Origin: Myxococcota bacterium
GTDB lineage: Bacteria > Myxococcota_A > UBA9160 > UBA6930
DNA: 64,000 nucleotides
NCBI GenBank assembly: GCA_965223705.1
Contig: OZ245015.1
Span: 2,080,001 to 2,144,000 of the forward strand
Direction: 5' to 3'
This document shows positions 1 through 9,496 of this stretch, piece after piece; position 1 is the stretch's first letter; every line of letters starts with the position of its first letter. The position numbers and the translations under genes are program-made. The notes beneath the pieces are model-generated. The model had not been told where the DNA came from, did not search any database, and saw only the letters and a program-made list of their open reading frames with translations.

Positions 1-2
1 CG

Positions 3-614
3 CCGGCGCGCGACGGGGCGAGCGGCGCGCCGCGCGCCGCGGCGCTGGCTGCCGCGATCGAGGAGGGCGTTCTGCGGGTCGCGAGCAAACTCTTGGACGG
101 CGACACCGCGCGGCTGGTGGAAGCCGAGGGAGAGCTCAAGGAGCGCCTCGACGAGTTCGCCGTCCGCTACCGGATCCTCGAAGATCGCGGCGAGCGGCGC
201 GCGCTGCTCATCGCGGATCCGGACGTGACGCACGAGTACGTGGTCGAAGCCGAGGTCCACGTCGACGCGGGACGCTTGCGCGACGCGATGGTGGCGCGCG
301 GTTGGCTCGAGCCCCGGGAGCTCGGTCCCTCCGCGACGTATGAGCTGACGATCGCCGCGCCGGTCCCGTACCGCGTCTTTGCCGCGTTTATCGAAACCTT
401 GGCCGCCGACCGGGAGGTGCGAAGCGCAACGCCCTCGGTGCTGCGGCGGGACGAGTTCCGGGTCCACGTCGACAGCACGTTGTCGCCGCGCCAGCTCGTG
501 GCCGGCGTGCGAGGGGAATTAGCGGCGAGGGGCGTCGAGGTCGCGTCCGCCACGCCTTGGAACGATTCGCTCCGGATCACCTTGCGGGACGCTCCCGAGC
601 TGCAGGTCGATTGA
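3..614 (+). CDS. hypothetical protein, 5'-partial (frame is open from the window start)
   Basis: No stop codon in frame from nt 3 to the TGA ending at 614; natural-looking amino acid composition; no motif recognised. Confidence 0.6.
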   Translation, partial: PARDGASGAPRAAALAAAIEEGVLRVASKLLDGDTARLVEAEGELKERLDEFAVRYRILEDRGERRALLIADPDVTHEYVVEAEVHVDAGRLRDAMVARGWLEPRELGPSATYELTIAAPVPYRVFAAFIETLAADREVRSATPSVLRRDEFRVHVDSTLSPRQLVAGVRGELAARGVEVASATPWNDSLRITLRDAPELQVD

Positions 615-642
615 ACCCGACGATGCCTCCCACGGGTCTCGA

Positions 643-672
643 TTGACACAGATAATCTGAAACGTTATTGAT
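643..672 (+). promoter_or_regulatory. candidate sigma70 promoter for tRNA-Val/thrS
   Basis: Perfect TTGACA at 643-648 and an AT-rich TATTGAT 17 nt later, in a high-GC background just upstream of the tRNA; the -10 match is imperfect. Confidence 0.5.
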
Positions 673-693
673 TCCGGCCTGTTAGGCCAACTT

Positions 694-769
694 AGGCACG
701 TAGCTCAGTGGCTAGAGCGCCGCCTTGACACGGCGGAGGTCGGCGGTTCGACCCCGCCCGTGCCTACCA
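694..769 (+). tRNA. tRNA-Val(GAC)
   Basis: Acceptor stem AGGCACG/CGTGCCT, D arm TAGCTCAGTGGCTAGAGC, anticodon arm CCGCC-TT-GAC-AC-GGCGG, T loop GGTTCGA, encoded CCA. Confidence 0.97.
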
Positions 770-839
770 CCCACCCGCCGCAGCACGCGCGGCGACCGCG
801 AGAGCACTCCGACCGCACGATGATTCGGGCATTCATTCG

Positions 840-2768
840 ATGAGCGAGATCGAAATCGGCCTGCCCGACGGTCGAACCTTGCCTGTGCCCGCAGGAGAGA
901 CGGTTGCCGACGTCGCAGCGCGTATCGGGGCCGGTCTCGCCCGGGTCGCAGTCGCCGGGCGGATCGACGGCGGCCTGGTCGATTTGAGGACTCCGCTCAA
1001 CGCCTCGACGTCGCTCGAAATTGTCACGACCAAGGACGAAGCGGCCGGCGAAGTCCTCCGCCACTCGGCGGAACACGTCATGGCCGACGCGGTCAAGCGT
1101 TTGTTCCCCGGCGCTCAGGTCGATGTCGGACGCACCGATCACAGCGAGAAGTTCCACTACGACTTTCTCGTCGAGAATCCGTTTTCGACCGAAGATCTCG
1201 CCGCCATCGAAGCGGAAATGAAAAAGATCTTGAAGAGCAAGGCCCCCTTCGTGCGCGAAGTCGTCAGCCGAGACGAAGCCCGGGCGCTATTTCGCGAAAT
1301 GGGCGAGGAGCTGAAACTCTCCCGCATCGACGACATCCCCGACGGCCAGGACATCACGCTCTTTCGGCACGGTGACTTCGTCGACCTGTGCCGAGGGCCC
1401 CATGTGGCCCACGCCGGGCAGATCGGCGCGGTGAAGCTCCTCGAGGTGGCGGGGGCGTATTGGCGCGGTGACGAGAGCAATCCGATGCTTCAGCGCATCT
1501 ACGGGACGGCTTTCGGTTCGAAGAAGGAGCTCGCGGCACATCTCGAGCGGCTCGAGCAAGCGAAAGCGCGCGATCACCGACGCGTCGGTGCGGCCCTCGA
1601 TCTCTTCTACATCGACGGCATCTCCCCCGGTTCGCCCTTTTACAAGCCGAAGGGCATGGTGCTCTACAACGGGCTCGTCGACTACATCCGCTCGCTGTAT
1701 CCCGAGTACGGCTACGACGAAGTCATGACGCCGCAGGTGTTTCGGACCGATCTCTTCAAGACCTCGGGCCACTACGAGATGTTCCGCGACGACATGTTCC
1801 TGATGCAGGGGGACGAGGGGGAAGAGCTGGGCGTCAAGCCGATGAATTGCCCCGGCCACTGCATGCTCTACCAGTCGACAAAGCGGTCTTATCGCGATCT
1901 GCCCCTTCGCTTCGCGGAGTTCAGCAGGCTCCATCGCAATGAGCGGAGCGGAACGTTGACCGGACTCTCGCGCGTCCGGTCGATGGCTCAAGACGACGCC
2001 CATATTTTTTGCGAGCCCGAGGCGGTGCCGGAAGAGACCGCTCGCTTCTTCGAGATGACGCGCCAGGTCTACGCCGACCTCGGCATCGGGGACGTCAGCG
2101 TCGCGGTGTCGACCCGCCCGGACCGCTTCTTCGGGGAGCCCGAAGATTGGGACGCCGCGGAAAAGACGCTCATCGACGCCGTCGAGGCCGCCGGCTATTC
2201 CTGCGGGGTAAAAGAAGGAGAGGCGGCGTTCTACGCCCCGAAAGTGGAATTCGACTTCCAGGACGTCCTCGGGCGCTCCTGGACCCTCTCGACGCTGCAG
2301 ATCGATCTGGCGATGCCCGGGCGGTTCGGCCTCCGCTATGTCGGCCGAGACGGGGGCGAGCACCAGCCGGCGATGCTCCATCGCGCGGTTCTGGGCTCCC
2401 TCGAGCGCTTTATCGCCATCTATATCGAGCACACGGCCGGCGACTTCCCGCTCTGGCTGGCCCCGGTCCAGGTGGCGCTTTTACCCATCGCCGATCGACA
2501 TATTCCCTATGCTCGGCGGGTCTGCGACGCTTTGGGGGCCGCTGGGCTCCGGGCGGAAGTCGACACGAGGAGCGAAAAACTCGGTTTCAAGATTCGTGAA
2601 GCAGAGGTACAAAAGGTCCCGGTGATGGCCGTCATCGGCGATCAGGAAGAAGAGAACGGAACGGTCGCGCCGCGGATGCGAAAAGACGCGGGTCGCGACA
2701 TGGAGGCGACATCCATCGATGATTTTGTGGCGACGTTGGCAGACGAAGTGAAGAGGCGAAGCGCTTAA
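840..2768 (+). CDS. thrS: threonine--tRNA ligase
   Basis: TGS N-terminus, RHSAEH, DLCRGPH, KPMNCPGH, HRNERSG, QDDAHIFC, AFYAPK, HRAVLGSLERF motifs. Confidence 0.99.
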   Translation: MSEIEIGLPDGRTLPVPAGETVADVAARIGAGLARVAVAGRIDGGLVDLRTPLNASTSLEIVTTKDEAAGEVLRHSAEHVMADAVKRLFPGAQVDVGRTDHSEKFHYDFLVENPFSTEDLAAIEAEMKKILKSKAPFVREVVSRDEARALFREMGEELKLSRIDDIPDGQDITLFRHGDFVDLCRGPHVAHAGQIGAVKLLEVAGAYWRGDESNPMLQRIYGTAFGSKKELAAHLERLEQAKARDHRRVGAALDLFYIDGISPGSPFYKPKGMVLYNGLVDYIRSLYPEYGYDEVMTPQVFRTDLFKTSGHYEMFRDDMFLMQGDEGEELGVKPMNCPGHCMLYQSTKRSYRDLPLRFAEFSRLHRNERSGTLTGLSRVRSMAQDDAHIFCEPEAVPEETARFFEMTRQVYADLGIGDVSVAVSTRPDRFFGEPEDWDAAEKTLIDAVEAAGYSCGVKEGEAAFYAPKVEFDFQDVLGRSWTLSTLQIDLAMPGRFGLRYVGRDGGEHQPAMLHRAVLGSLERFIAIYIEHTAGDFPLWLAPVQVALLPIADRHIPYARRVCDALGAAGLRAEVDTRSEKLGFKIREAEVQKVPVMAVIGDQEEENGTVAPRMRKDAGRDMEATSIDDFVATLADEVKRRSA

Positions 2769-3424
2769 TGGGGCGGCGAGGCGGCCCCGTCGCACCCAGT
2801 CAAGATTCAACGCGTGTGAATGAGCGCATCCGAGCGCGCGAAGTCCGGCTCATCGGAGCCGAAGGCGAGCAGCTCGGTGTCATGTCTTCCGACGAGGCCC
2901 GCAACGTGGCCGACGAGAGCGGCCTGGATCTCGTCGAAGTCGCTCCCAACGCCAACCCGCCGGTTTGCCGGGTCATGGACTACGGCAAGTACAAGTACGA
3001 AGAGAAGAAGAAGAAGGCGGCGGGCAAGGCGAAGAGCCACTCCACGTCGCTCAAGGAAGTAAAACTACGGCCCGGAACCGACGATCACGACCTCGACTTC
3101 AAGCTCAAGAACGCGCGACGTTTCTTGATGGACGGAGACAAAGTCAAGGTCACGGTGATGTTCCGAGGGCGCGAGATGGCGCATCGTGAAAACGGTTACC
3201 GCCAGCTCGACAAGGTGAAGGAAATGCTCGGCGACCTCGCGGCGATGGAAAACGCGCCCAGGATGGAAGGCCGGTTCCTCTCGACAATTTTTGTCGCGAA
3301 CCGGGAGACCATCGCGCGTGTGAAGCGCGAAGAGGCGAAATCCAGCGACGGAGAAGCATCTCCGGATGCGGTGGCGGAGCAAGCGGAAACGCAAGACGAA
3401 GCGCCCGAAGGCGCGAACGCGTGA
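2768..3424 (+). CDS. infC: translation initiation factor IF-3 with acidic/Ala-rich C-terminal extension
   Basis: NERIRAREVRLI, LDLVEVAPNANPPVCRVMDYGKYKYE, GDKVKVTVMFRGRE; directly follows thrS (TAATG overlap). Confidence 0.98.
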   Translation: MGRRGGPVAPSQDSTRVNERIRAREVRLIGAEGEQLGVMSSDEARNVADESGLDLVEVAPNANPPVCRVMDYGKYKYEEKKKKAAGKAKSHSTSLKEVKLRPGTDDHDLDFKLKNARRFLMDGDKVKVTVMFRGREMAHRENGYRQLDKVKEMLGDLAAMENAPRMEGRFLSTIFVANRETIARVKREEAKSSDGEASPDAVAEQAETQDEAPEGANA

Positions 3425-3451
3425 GTGGTAGAGGGGAGTGTTGCGAACACC

Positions 3452-3649
3452 ATGCCTAAGATGAAATCTCACCGCGGTGCTGCGAAGCGCTTTCGGAAGA
3501 CCGGCAGCGGTCGCGTGAAGCACCAGCGCCAGAACAAGCGGCACATCCTGACCAAGAAGCGGTCGAAGAGGAAGCGCCAGCTCCGCACCGAGGGCGAGCT
3601 CACCGGTGCGGACGCACAGCGGATCGACAAACTGATCCCGTATAAGTAG
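3452..3649 (+). CDS. rpmI: 50S ribosomal protein L35
   Basis: [22 protein letters not shown]-like GAGGGGAG upstream; synteny. Confidence 0.99.
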   Translation: MPKMKSHRGAAKRFRKTGSGRVKHQRQNKRHILTKKRSKRKRQLRTEGELTGADAQRIDKLIPYK

Positions 3650-3660
3650 AGGGGAACGAG

Positions 3661-4020
3661 ATGTCTCGCGTGAAGCGCGGCGTTACCGCACACAGACGAC
3701 ACAAGCGCGTGCTCAAAGAAGCCAAGGGCTACTGGGGCGGGCGCGGCAATCTGATCAAGACAGCGCGCGAAGCCGTGCACAAGGGCTGGGTGTACGCCTA
3801 CCGCGACCGCCGGCAGCGCAAACGCCAGTTCCGCGCACTCTGGATCGCTCGGATCAACGCTGCGGCGCGCGAGCACGGCATTTCCTACAGCCGGATGATC
3901 CACGGGCTCGGGGCGGCGGGCGTCGAGGTCGACCGCAAGAATCTCGCGGACCTCGCGGTGTCGGATCCCCAGGCCTTCTCGCAACTCGCGGAGCTCGCCA
4001 AGTCCAACGCCGGGTCATAA
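3661..4020 (+). CDS. rplT: 50S ribosomal protein L20
   Basis: [39 protein letters not shown]. Confidence 0.99.
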   Translation: MSRVKRGVTAHRRHKRVLKEAKGYWGGRGNLIKTAREAVHKGWVYAYRDRRQRKRQFRALWIARINAAAREHGISYSRMIHGLGAAGVEVDRKNLADLAVSDPQAFSQLAELAKSNAGS

Positions 4021-4028
4021 GCGCGGCT

Positions 4029-5021
4029 GTGGCTTCCGGGGGGGACGCGCTCGAAGAAATCGTCGAGGAGGCGGAAGCGGCACTCGAAGCCTGCGATTCG
4101 CTGACGGAACTCGCGGAAGTGCGCTCGCGCTTCCTCGGGAAGAAGGGCTCCGTGTCCGCGGTACTCCGCGGTATCGGCGAACTCAGTCCGGTGGAGCGCG
4201 GGCGCCTCGGCCAAGCGGCGAACGGCGCGAAGACGCGCATCGAGGCCGGCGTCGAAGCGCGGCGCGCTGCGCTCGAGGCTCGGGCGCAGGCGGAATCCCT
4301 CTCCGAACGTCGGGTCGACGTGACGCTACCGGGGGTGCCGGCGCCCCTCGGATCCCTCCACCCGGTGACCTTGATCGAACGGGAGATGACGTCGTTCTTC
4401 CGCTCGCTCGGCTACTCGATCGAGGACGGTCCCGAGATCGATACCGACTACAACAATTTTACGGCGCTGAACTTCCCCGAAGACCATCCCGCGCGCGACA
4501 CCCAGGACACCTTCTTCATCCGCGGCGGTCACGTCCTTCGCACCCACACGTCGAACATCCAGATTCGCGGCATGACCGGCCGCAAGCCGCCGTTTCGCTT
4601 TGTCGCGCCCGGTCGCGTTTATCGCCACGACCTCGATCCGACGCACTATCCGATGTTTCACCAAATCGAAGCCTTCTGCGTCGGTGAGGACGTGACGTTC
4701 GCCGACCTCAAGGGGACGCTCTACGCGTTCGCGAAACATCTGTTCGGCGGCGATGTCAAGTTGCGCTTCCGCGCGCACTTCTTCCCGTTTACCGAGCCCT
4801 CGGCCGAGATGGATTTCTGGTGGCGCGATCGCTGGCTCGAGTGGGGTGGCTGCGGGATGATCCATCCGAACGTCCTGCGCAACTGCGACATCGATCCGGA
4901 GAAGTACCAAGGCTTCGCGTTCGGTATGGGAATCGACCGCACGGCGATGCTGCGCTTCGGAATCCCGACGATCCATTGGCTGTTTGACGCCGACACGCGT
5001 GTCCTGGGGCAGGTCGGATGA
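4029..5021 (+). CDS. pheS: phenylalanine--tRNA ligase alpha subunit
   Basis: HPARDTQDTF, LRTHTS, PGRVYR, FHQIE, FPFTEPSAE, GFAFGMGIDR. Confidence 0.99.
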   Translation: MASGGDALEEIVEEAEAALEACDSLTELAEVRSRFLGKKGSVSAVLRGIGELSPVERGRLGQAANGAKTRIEAGVEARRAALEARAQAESLSERRVDVTLPGVPAPLGSLHPVTLIEREMTSFFRSLGYSIEDGPEIDTDYNNFTALNFPEDHPARDTQDTFFIRGGHVLRTHTSNIQIRGMTGRKPPFRFVAPGRVYRHDLDPTHYPMFHQIEAFCVGEDVTFADLKGTLYAFAKHLFGGDVKLRFRAHFFPFTEPSAEMDFWWRDRWLEWGGCGMIHPNVLRNCDIDPEKYQGFAFGMGIDRTAMLRFGIPTIHWLFDADTRVLGQVG

Positions 5022-7414
5022 AAGTCCCCCTCGCGTGGCTCGCGGAATGGATCGACCTGCCTTCGCTCGAGGCGCTCGACGAGCGTTTGACGGTAGGCGG
5101 TCTCGAGATCGATGAAGTCATCCGTCAGGGGCCCGACCTATCCGGCTTGATCGTCGGTTACGTCGAGGCGCGCGAGCAACATCCCGATGCCGATCGACTT
5201 TCGGTCTGCCGCGTTGCCATCGGTGAAGACGAGCCGGTCGAAATCGTGTGCGGCGCGCCCAATGTCGACGCGGGGCAACACGTGGTCGTCGCGACCCACG
5301 GCACCGTGCTGCCCGATGGAACGAAGATCAAGCGCTCGAAGATCCGCGGCGTGCGCTCGAATGGAATGATCTGCTCGGCCCGGGAGCTCGGGCTCGGCGA
5401 CGACCACACGGGCATCCTGACGTTGTCGGGCACGCCCGAAGTCGGCGGCCCCGCCGACGCCGCGCTCGGCGGGGGCGACTGGGTGCTCGACATCGCAATC
5501 ACGCCCAACCGTGGAGACTGGCTGTCGATGCTCGGCATGGCGCGCGAGGTGCGCGCACATTTCGGAGGCGAGCTCCGAACGCCGCCTCTCGCGTGCGACG
5601 AGGCCGGCGAGTCGACTTCCGAGAGCATCACCCTGGCGGTCGACGACGGCGAGGGCTGCCCGCGCTACTGCGCGCGGATCGTGCGGGGCTTAACCGTCGG
5701 TCCGTCGCCGGACTGGATGCGCGAACGACTCGAAGCGGCGGGCGTTCGCTCGATCAGCAATGTCGTCGACGTGACGAACTACGTGATGCTCGAGTGGGGT
5801 CAGCCCCTGCACGCGTTCGACCTCGCGAAGCTTCGCGACGCGACGATCCGCGTTCGACGAGCGAAGCCGGGCGAGCGCCTGACGACCCTCGACGGGGAGG
5901 AGCGGGCGCTCCACGAAGACGATCTGGTCATCGCAGACGCCGAACGCGCGATTGCCCTGGCCGGGGTGATGGGCGGCGCCGAGACCGAGGTCGGTGAGAC
6001 CACGCGCGACGTGCTGATCGAAGCCGCGCTTTTCCATCCGGGACGCGTCCGCAAAACGGCGCGGCGGCACGGTCTTTCGACAGACGCGTCCTACCGGTTC
6101 GAGCGGAGTGTCGATCCCGAAGGGCCCGCGCGCGCGGCGACGCGCGCGGCGCAGCTCCTCGCGGAACTCGCCGGCGGCGAGGTCGCACCGGACATCGCTG
6201 TCGCTACCGGAGTCGCTCTCCCCGAACGGGCGTCGGTCCGCGTCGCGGTTGCCCGGGTGAATCGTCTACTCGGCACCGCGCTCACCGCTGAGGCAATGAC
6301 GGCTCTCCTCAAACGGCAGGACTTCGAGGTGCGAGAAGAAGCGGACGATCTCGTCTGTCTCGCTCCTTCGCACCGCAACGACATCGCGCTGCCCGTCGAC
6401 TTGATCGAAGAGATCGCGCGGATCCACGGCTACGACGAAATCGCGCCGACGCTACCGGCGGCGGTCGCAGCGGGCGTCACGGAGCCGCCGTTGCGTGCGA
6501 CGACAGAAACGGTGCGCGACGCGCTTCGCGCAGCGGGCTTGAACGAGATCATGACGTTCTCCGCGGCGCGGCGCGGGGATCCGGACGACCTGCGACTCGA
6601 AGCCGACGACCCGCGCCGTCGAATCGTTTCGCTCGAAAATCCCATCAAGGCCGAAGAGCCCGTGCTGCGGACCACGCTCGTCGCCTCGGCGCTGCGCGCC
6701 GTCGAGCAGAACCTCGCACGGCAGTTGCCGGGCGTCGGCGTCTTCGAGGTCGGTCGGGTATTTCTCGAGACCTCCCCGAGCGAGCTTCCCGAGGAGCGCA
6801 CCGAAGCCGTCGCAGCAATCGCGGGCGCGTGGGCGACGAACGTCTGGTCGAATGATGCCCCATTGTTCTTTCGGCTGAAGAGCGTCGTCACCCGGGTACT
6901 CGATGACCTGGGTGTGGCGCACCGGTTTCGGGCGGGCAGCGACGAGCCGTTTCTCCATCCCGGGGTCGCGGCGCAGTTCCTCGCCGGCCGGAGTGCGGTG
7001 GCATGGCTCGGTGAGCTTCATCCCGAGACAGCCGCTCGCTTCGAACTCGAGGCGCCAGTGGTGTTGGCGGGTTTTGACCTCGACGCGCTGCGCGCGGCGC
7101 CGCGTCCCGTGCCGACCGTCCAAGAAGTTTCGAAGTTTCCCAGCGCAAGTCGTGATTTCGCGGTACTTCTCGATGCCGAGACCCAGGCCGGAGCAGTCCT
7201 CGACGCGGCCCGAAAAGCCGCGGGAGGTCTGCTGACCGGGGCGGAAGTTTTCGACCGGTACGAAGGGAAAGGGGTTCCCGAGGGAAAAGTCAGTCTCGGG
7301 CTCAGGCTGACGTTCCAGAAAGTCGATCGAACCCTGAAGGACGCCGAGGTTTCGAAGGCCTGCGAGCGGGTCGTCGCCGCGCTCCACGAAAAGTTCGAAG
7401 GCGAACTTCGGTAG
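5018..7414 (+). CDS. pheT: phenylalanine--tRNA ligase beta subunit
   Basis: HPDADRL, IVCGAPNV, SNGMICS, ITPNRGD, VVDVTNYVMLEWGQPLHAFD, DLIEEIARIHGYD; C-terminal FDX-ACB domain. Confidence 0.99.
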   Translation: MKVPLAWLAEWIDLPSLEALDERLTVGGLEIDEVIRQGPDLSGLIVGYVEAREQHPDADRLSVCRVAIGEDEPVEIVCGAPNVDAGQHVVVATHGTVLPDGTKIKRSKIRGVRSNGMICSARELGLGDDHTGILTLSGTPEVGGPADAALGGGDWVLDIAITPNRGDWLSMLGMAREVRAHFGGELRTPPLACDEAGESTSESITLAVDDGEGCPRYCARIVRGLTVGPSPDWMRERLEAAGVRSISNVVDVTNYVMLEWGQPLHAFDLAKLRDATIRVRRAKPGERLTTLDGEERALHEDDLVIADAERAIALAGVMGGAETEVGETTRDVLIEAALFHPGRVRKTARRHGLSTDASYRFERSVDPEGPARAATRAAQLLAELAGGEVAPDIAVATGVALPERASVRVAVARVNRLLGTALTAEAMTALLKRQDFEVREEADDLVCLAPSHRNDIALPVDLIEEIARIHGYDEIAPTLPAAVAAGVTEPPLRATTETVRDALRAAGLNEIMTFSAARRGDPDDLRLEADDPRRRIVSLENPIKAEEPVLRTTLVASALRAVEQNLARQLPGVGVFEVGRVFLETSPSELPEERTEAVAAIAGAWATNVWSNDAPLFFRLKSVVTRVLDDLGVAHRFRAGSDEPFLHPGVAAQFLAGRSAVAWLGELHPETAARFELEAPVVLAGFDLDALRAAPRPVPTVQEVSKFPSASRDFAVLLDAETQAGAVLDAARKAAGGLLTGAEVFDRYEGKGVPEGKVSLGLRLTFQKVDRTLKDAEVSKACERVVAALHEKFEGELR

Positions 7415-7435
7415 CGGCGCGAAGGAGGGCACAGC

Positions 7436-7741
7436 ATGACCAAAGCCGAAATCGTTGAGCACATCTACGAGCGCGTCGGATTTTCGAAGAAAGAGAGTGC
7501 CGAGCTCGTGGAGAAAGTATTCCACATGATCAAGGAGACCCTCGCGAACGGAGAGAAGGTCAAGATTTCGGGTTTCGGCAACTTCGTCGTGCGAGAGAAA
7601 AACGCGCGCAAAGGTCGCAATCCGCAGACCGGTGAAGAAATTCGTCTCGACGCGCGAAGAGTGCTCACCTTCAAGCCCAGCCTCGTGCTAAAGAACGCAT
7701 TGAACGAAGAGGACGAGACAGCGACTTCCGACGCGAACTAG
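7436..7741 (+). CDS. ihfA: integration host factor subunit alpha
   Basis: MTKAEIVE, VKISGFGNF, GRNPQTGEEI, RRVLTFKPS; follows pheT. Confidence 0.96.
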   Translation: MTKAEIVEHIYERVGFSKKESAELVEKVFHMIKETLANGEKVKISGFGNFVVREKNARKGRNPQTGEEIRLDARRVLTFKPSLVLKNALNEEDETATSDAN

Positions 7742-7785
7742 CATCCGTCGGAACTGAAAGATCTCGCAGCGTGGTGGGGGCAGCG

Positions 7786-8289
7786 ATGAAGGAGCCGGCG
7801 AGTCGGAAGAGCTCTCGAGGGCAAGCGCCGAAGAAGAGGGCGTCCACTGTGCGCAAGGCGCGGGGCGGCGACGGCAAGCTCGCGGGGGCCACACCCGAAC
7901 TCCCCACCGACCTGGATGAAAAGCGCTACTTCCGCATTGGCGAGGTGAGTCGGATCGCGGGCGTGAAGCCTTATGTCCTGCGCTATTGGGAATCCGAGTT
8001 CCGCTGGATGGCGCCGGCGAAGTCGAAATCGAAGCAACGCCTCTATCGCAAGAAAGACATCGAGCGGATCCTGCTCATCCGGCGGCTGCTCCACGAAGAG
8101 CGGTACACCATTGCGGGAGCGCGAAAGCGCCTTCGCGAACTCGGGATGGAAGGTGTTCGCAAAGCGCTGTCGGAGCCCATCGCGACTCGGCAACCCGACT
8201 CGCCGAAGACGGGAAACGAAAGCCCTGCGGAGCGCCAAACCCTTCACAAGATCCGTGAAGAACTCGAGGCGATCCGCGCGCTAATCTAG
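7786..8289 (+). CDS. MerR-family transcriptional regulator (ihfA-linked type) with basic N-terminal extension
   Basis: KRYFRIGEVSRIAGVKPYVLRYWESEF, QRLYRKKDI, YTIAGARKRL; usual position after ihfA; start uncertain (7771 or 7786). Confidence 0.93.
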   Translation: MKEPASRKSSRGQAPKKRASTVRKARGGDGKLAGATPELPTDLDEKRYFRIGEVSRIAGVKPYVLRYWESEFRWMAPAKSKSKQRLYRKKDIERILLIRRLLHEERYTIAGARKRLRELGMEGVRKALSEPIATRQPDSPKTGNESPAERQTLHKIREELEAIRALI

Positions 8290-8296
8290 CGATCTC

Positions 8297-9496
8297 GTGG
8301 AGCCTCACTTCCGTAACGCTAGGTCGAGTGCCCGAGGCCGGATCTCGGTTCTCGCGGTCGTCGGTGCCTGCCTCGTCGCCGGCGCTGGACATGCGCAGTC
8401 GCCGGGAGAAGTCACGTGTGCCCCGTGGGGAGGCGAGCTTCGGCCTCTGCCTACGACCAGCGACCCGGATCCCGTCCTGGCGCGGTGGGCGCGTCTCCGA
8501 ACGCAGGATCTCGCCCGCGAAGCGGCAGCGCTCGAGGCGACCGACGTCGCGCGCGCACACGCCACCTGGCGACACGCCGCCTGCCTGAGTTCCGCCGACC
8601 CGGAAGTTGCCGCCGGGCTCAAGCGGACGCTTCCGGTGCGGGTGCACCGACCGAGCTTCGAGAAGGTGCGCGCTCGGTCGGAGCCGATTCCGTCCTCCCT
8701 CGACGGCGCGGTCGCGCGGCTCTCTGGGCCGGTTCAGTTCGCGACGGAAGAGCTCGCAGCACTCCAACAGACGCCGCGCGAGGTGCCCGACGCCGTTCCC
8801 GCGGCACGTGTGGTTCCAGAACGCGGGGAGCGCCCCGCGCCCGAGCCCGTCGTTCAGACCGAAGACCCCCCCCCGCTCGTTCCAGCCGAAGAACCGGCCT
8901 TGCCGCTGCCGGTTCGGCTCGAGGAACCGGGCTTGCCGCCGCCGGTTCGGCTCGAGGAACCGGGCTTGCCGCCGCCGGTTCGGCTCGAGGAACCGGGCTT
9001 GCCGCCGCCGGTTCGGCTCGAGGAACCGGGCTTGCCGCCGCCGGTTCCGCCTCAGCGCGAACAACCGTCTGGCATCGGCCCGTCCTTCTCACCGGGCCCC
9101 GGGCCGGAACAGCCTCCGCCCGAACCCGAGCTCGAAGAGCCCCCGCCGCGCACGCTCCCGCCGGAGCTGCCCGACGCGCTCCCCCCCGCGGTGTCCGCTC
9201 GAGGACCGTCCGACGCCGTTGTCCGCGCCCGGGATGCCCTTCGCGAGGCACGCTACGAGGCCGTCTTGGTCATCGCCGAGGAAGCGCGAGAGAAAACAGC
9301 GGAAGGCGCCGATCGCGCAGCTCTCGAGTTCGCGGCGGGAGTCGCGGCTATCGCACTCGGACAGACCGAGCGCGCCCGCGAGAGCTTCGCGCGCGCCATC
9401 ACCGAGGACACCGAGTTTTCGCCGGATCCGAGAACCACGTCTCCCAAGGTGCTGCGGGTGTTTGAGGACGTGTCACGCCAGAGGAGGGGACGGTGA
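8297..9496 (+). CDS. exported proline-rich protein with TPR-like helical ends
   Basis: Signal-like ISVLAVVGACLVAGAGHA-Q; central PE/PP-rich linker with 11-aa repeats; C-terminal TPR-like helices (GQTERARESFARAI) and SPKVLRVF. Confidence 0.7.
   Translation: MEPHFRNARSSARGRISVLAVVGACLVAGAGHAQSPGEVTCAPWGGELRPLPTTSDPDPVLARWARLRTQDLAREAAALEATDVARAHATWRHAACLSSADPEVAAGLKRTLPVRVHRPSFEKVRARSEPIPSSLDGAVARLSGPVQFATEELAALQQTPREVPDAVPAARVVPERGERPAPEPVVQTEDPPPLVPAEEPALPLPVRLEEPGLPPPVRLEEPGLPPPVRLEEPGLPPPVRLEEPGLPPPVPPQREQPSGIGPSFSPGPGPEQPPPEPELEEPPPRTLPPELPDALPPAVSARGPSDAVVRARDALREARYEAVLVIAEEAREKTAEGADRAALEFAAGVAAIALGQTERARESFARAITEDTEFSPDPRTTSPKVLRVFEDVSRQRRGR
8888..9047 (+). repeat. 33-bp coding tandem repeat, about 4.8 copies (EEPGLPPPVRL)
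   Basis: GAGGAACCGGGCTTGCCGCCGCCGGTTCGGCTC exact at 8921, 8954 and 8987; degenerate copy at 8888; partial copy 9020-9047. Confidence 0.97.

Noticed and set aside
8888..9047. 33-bp repeats as a CRISPR array
   Set aside because: Units are directly tandem with no spacers, in frame inside a CDS, and there are no cas genes
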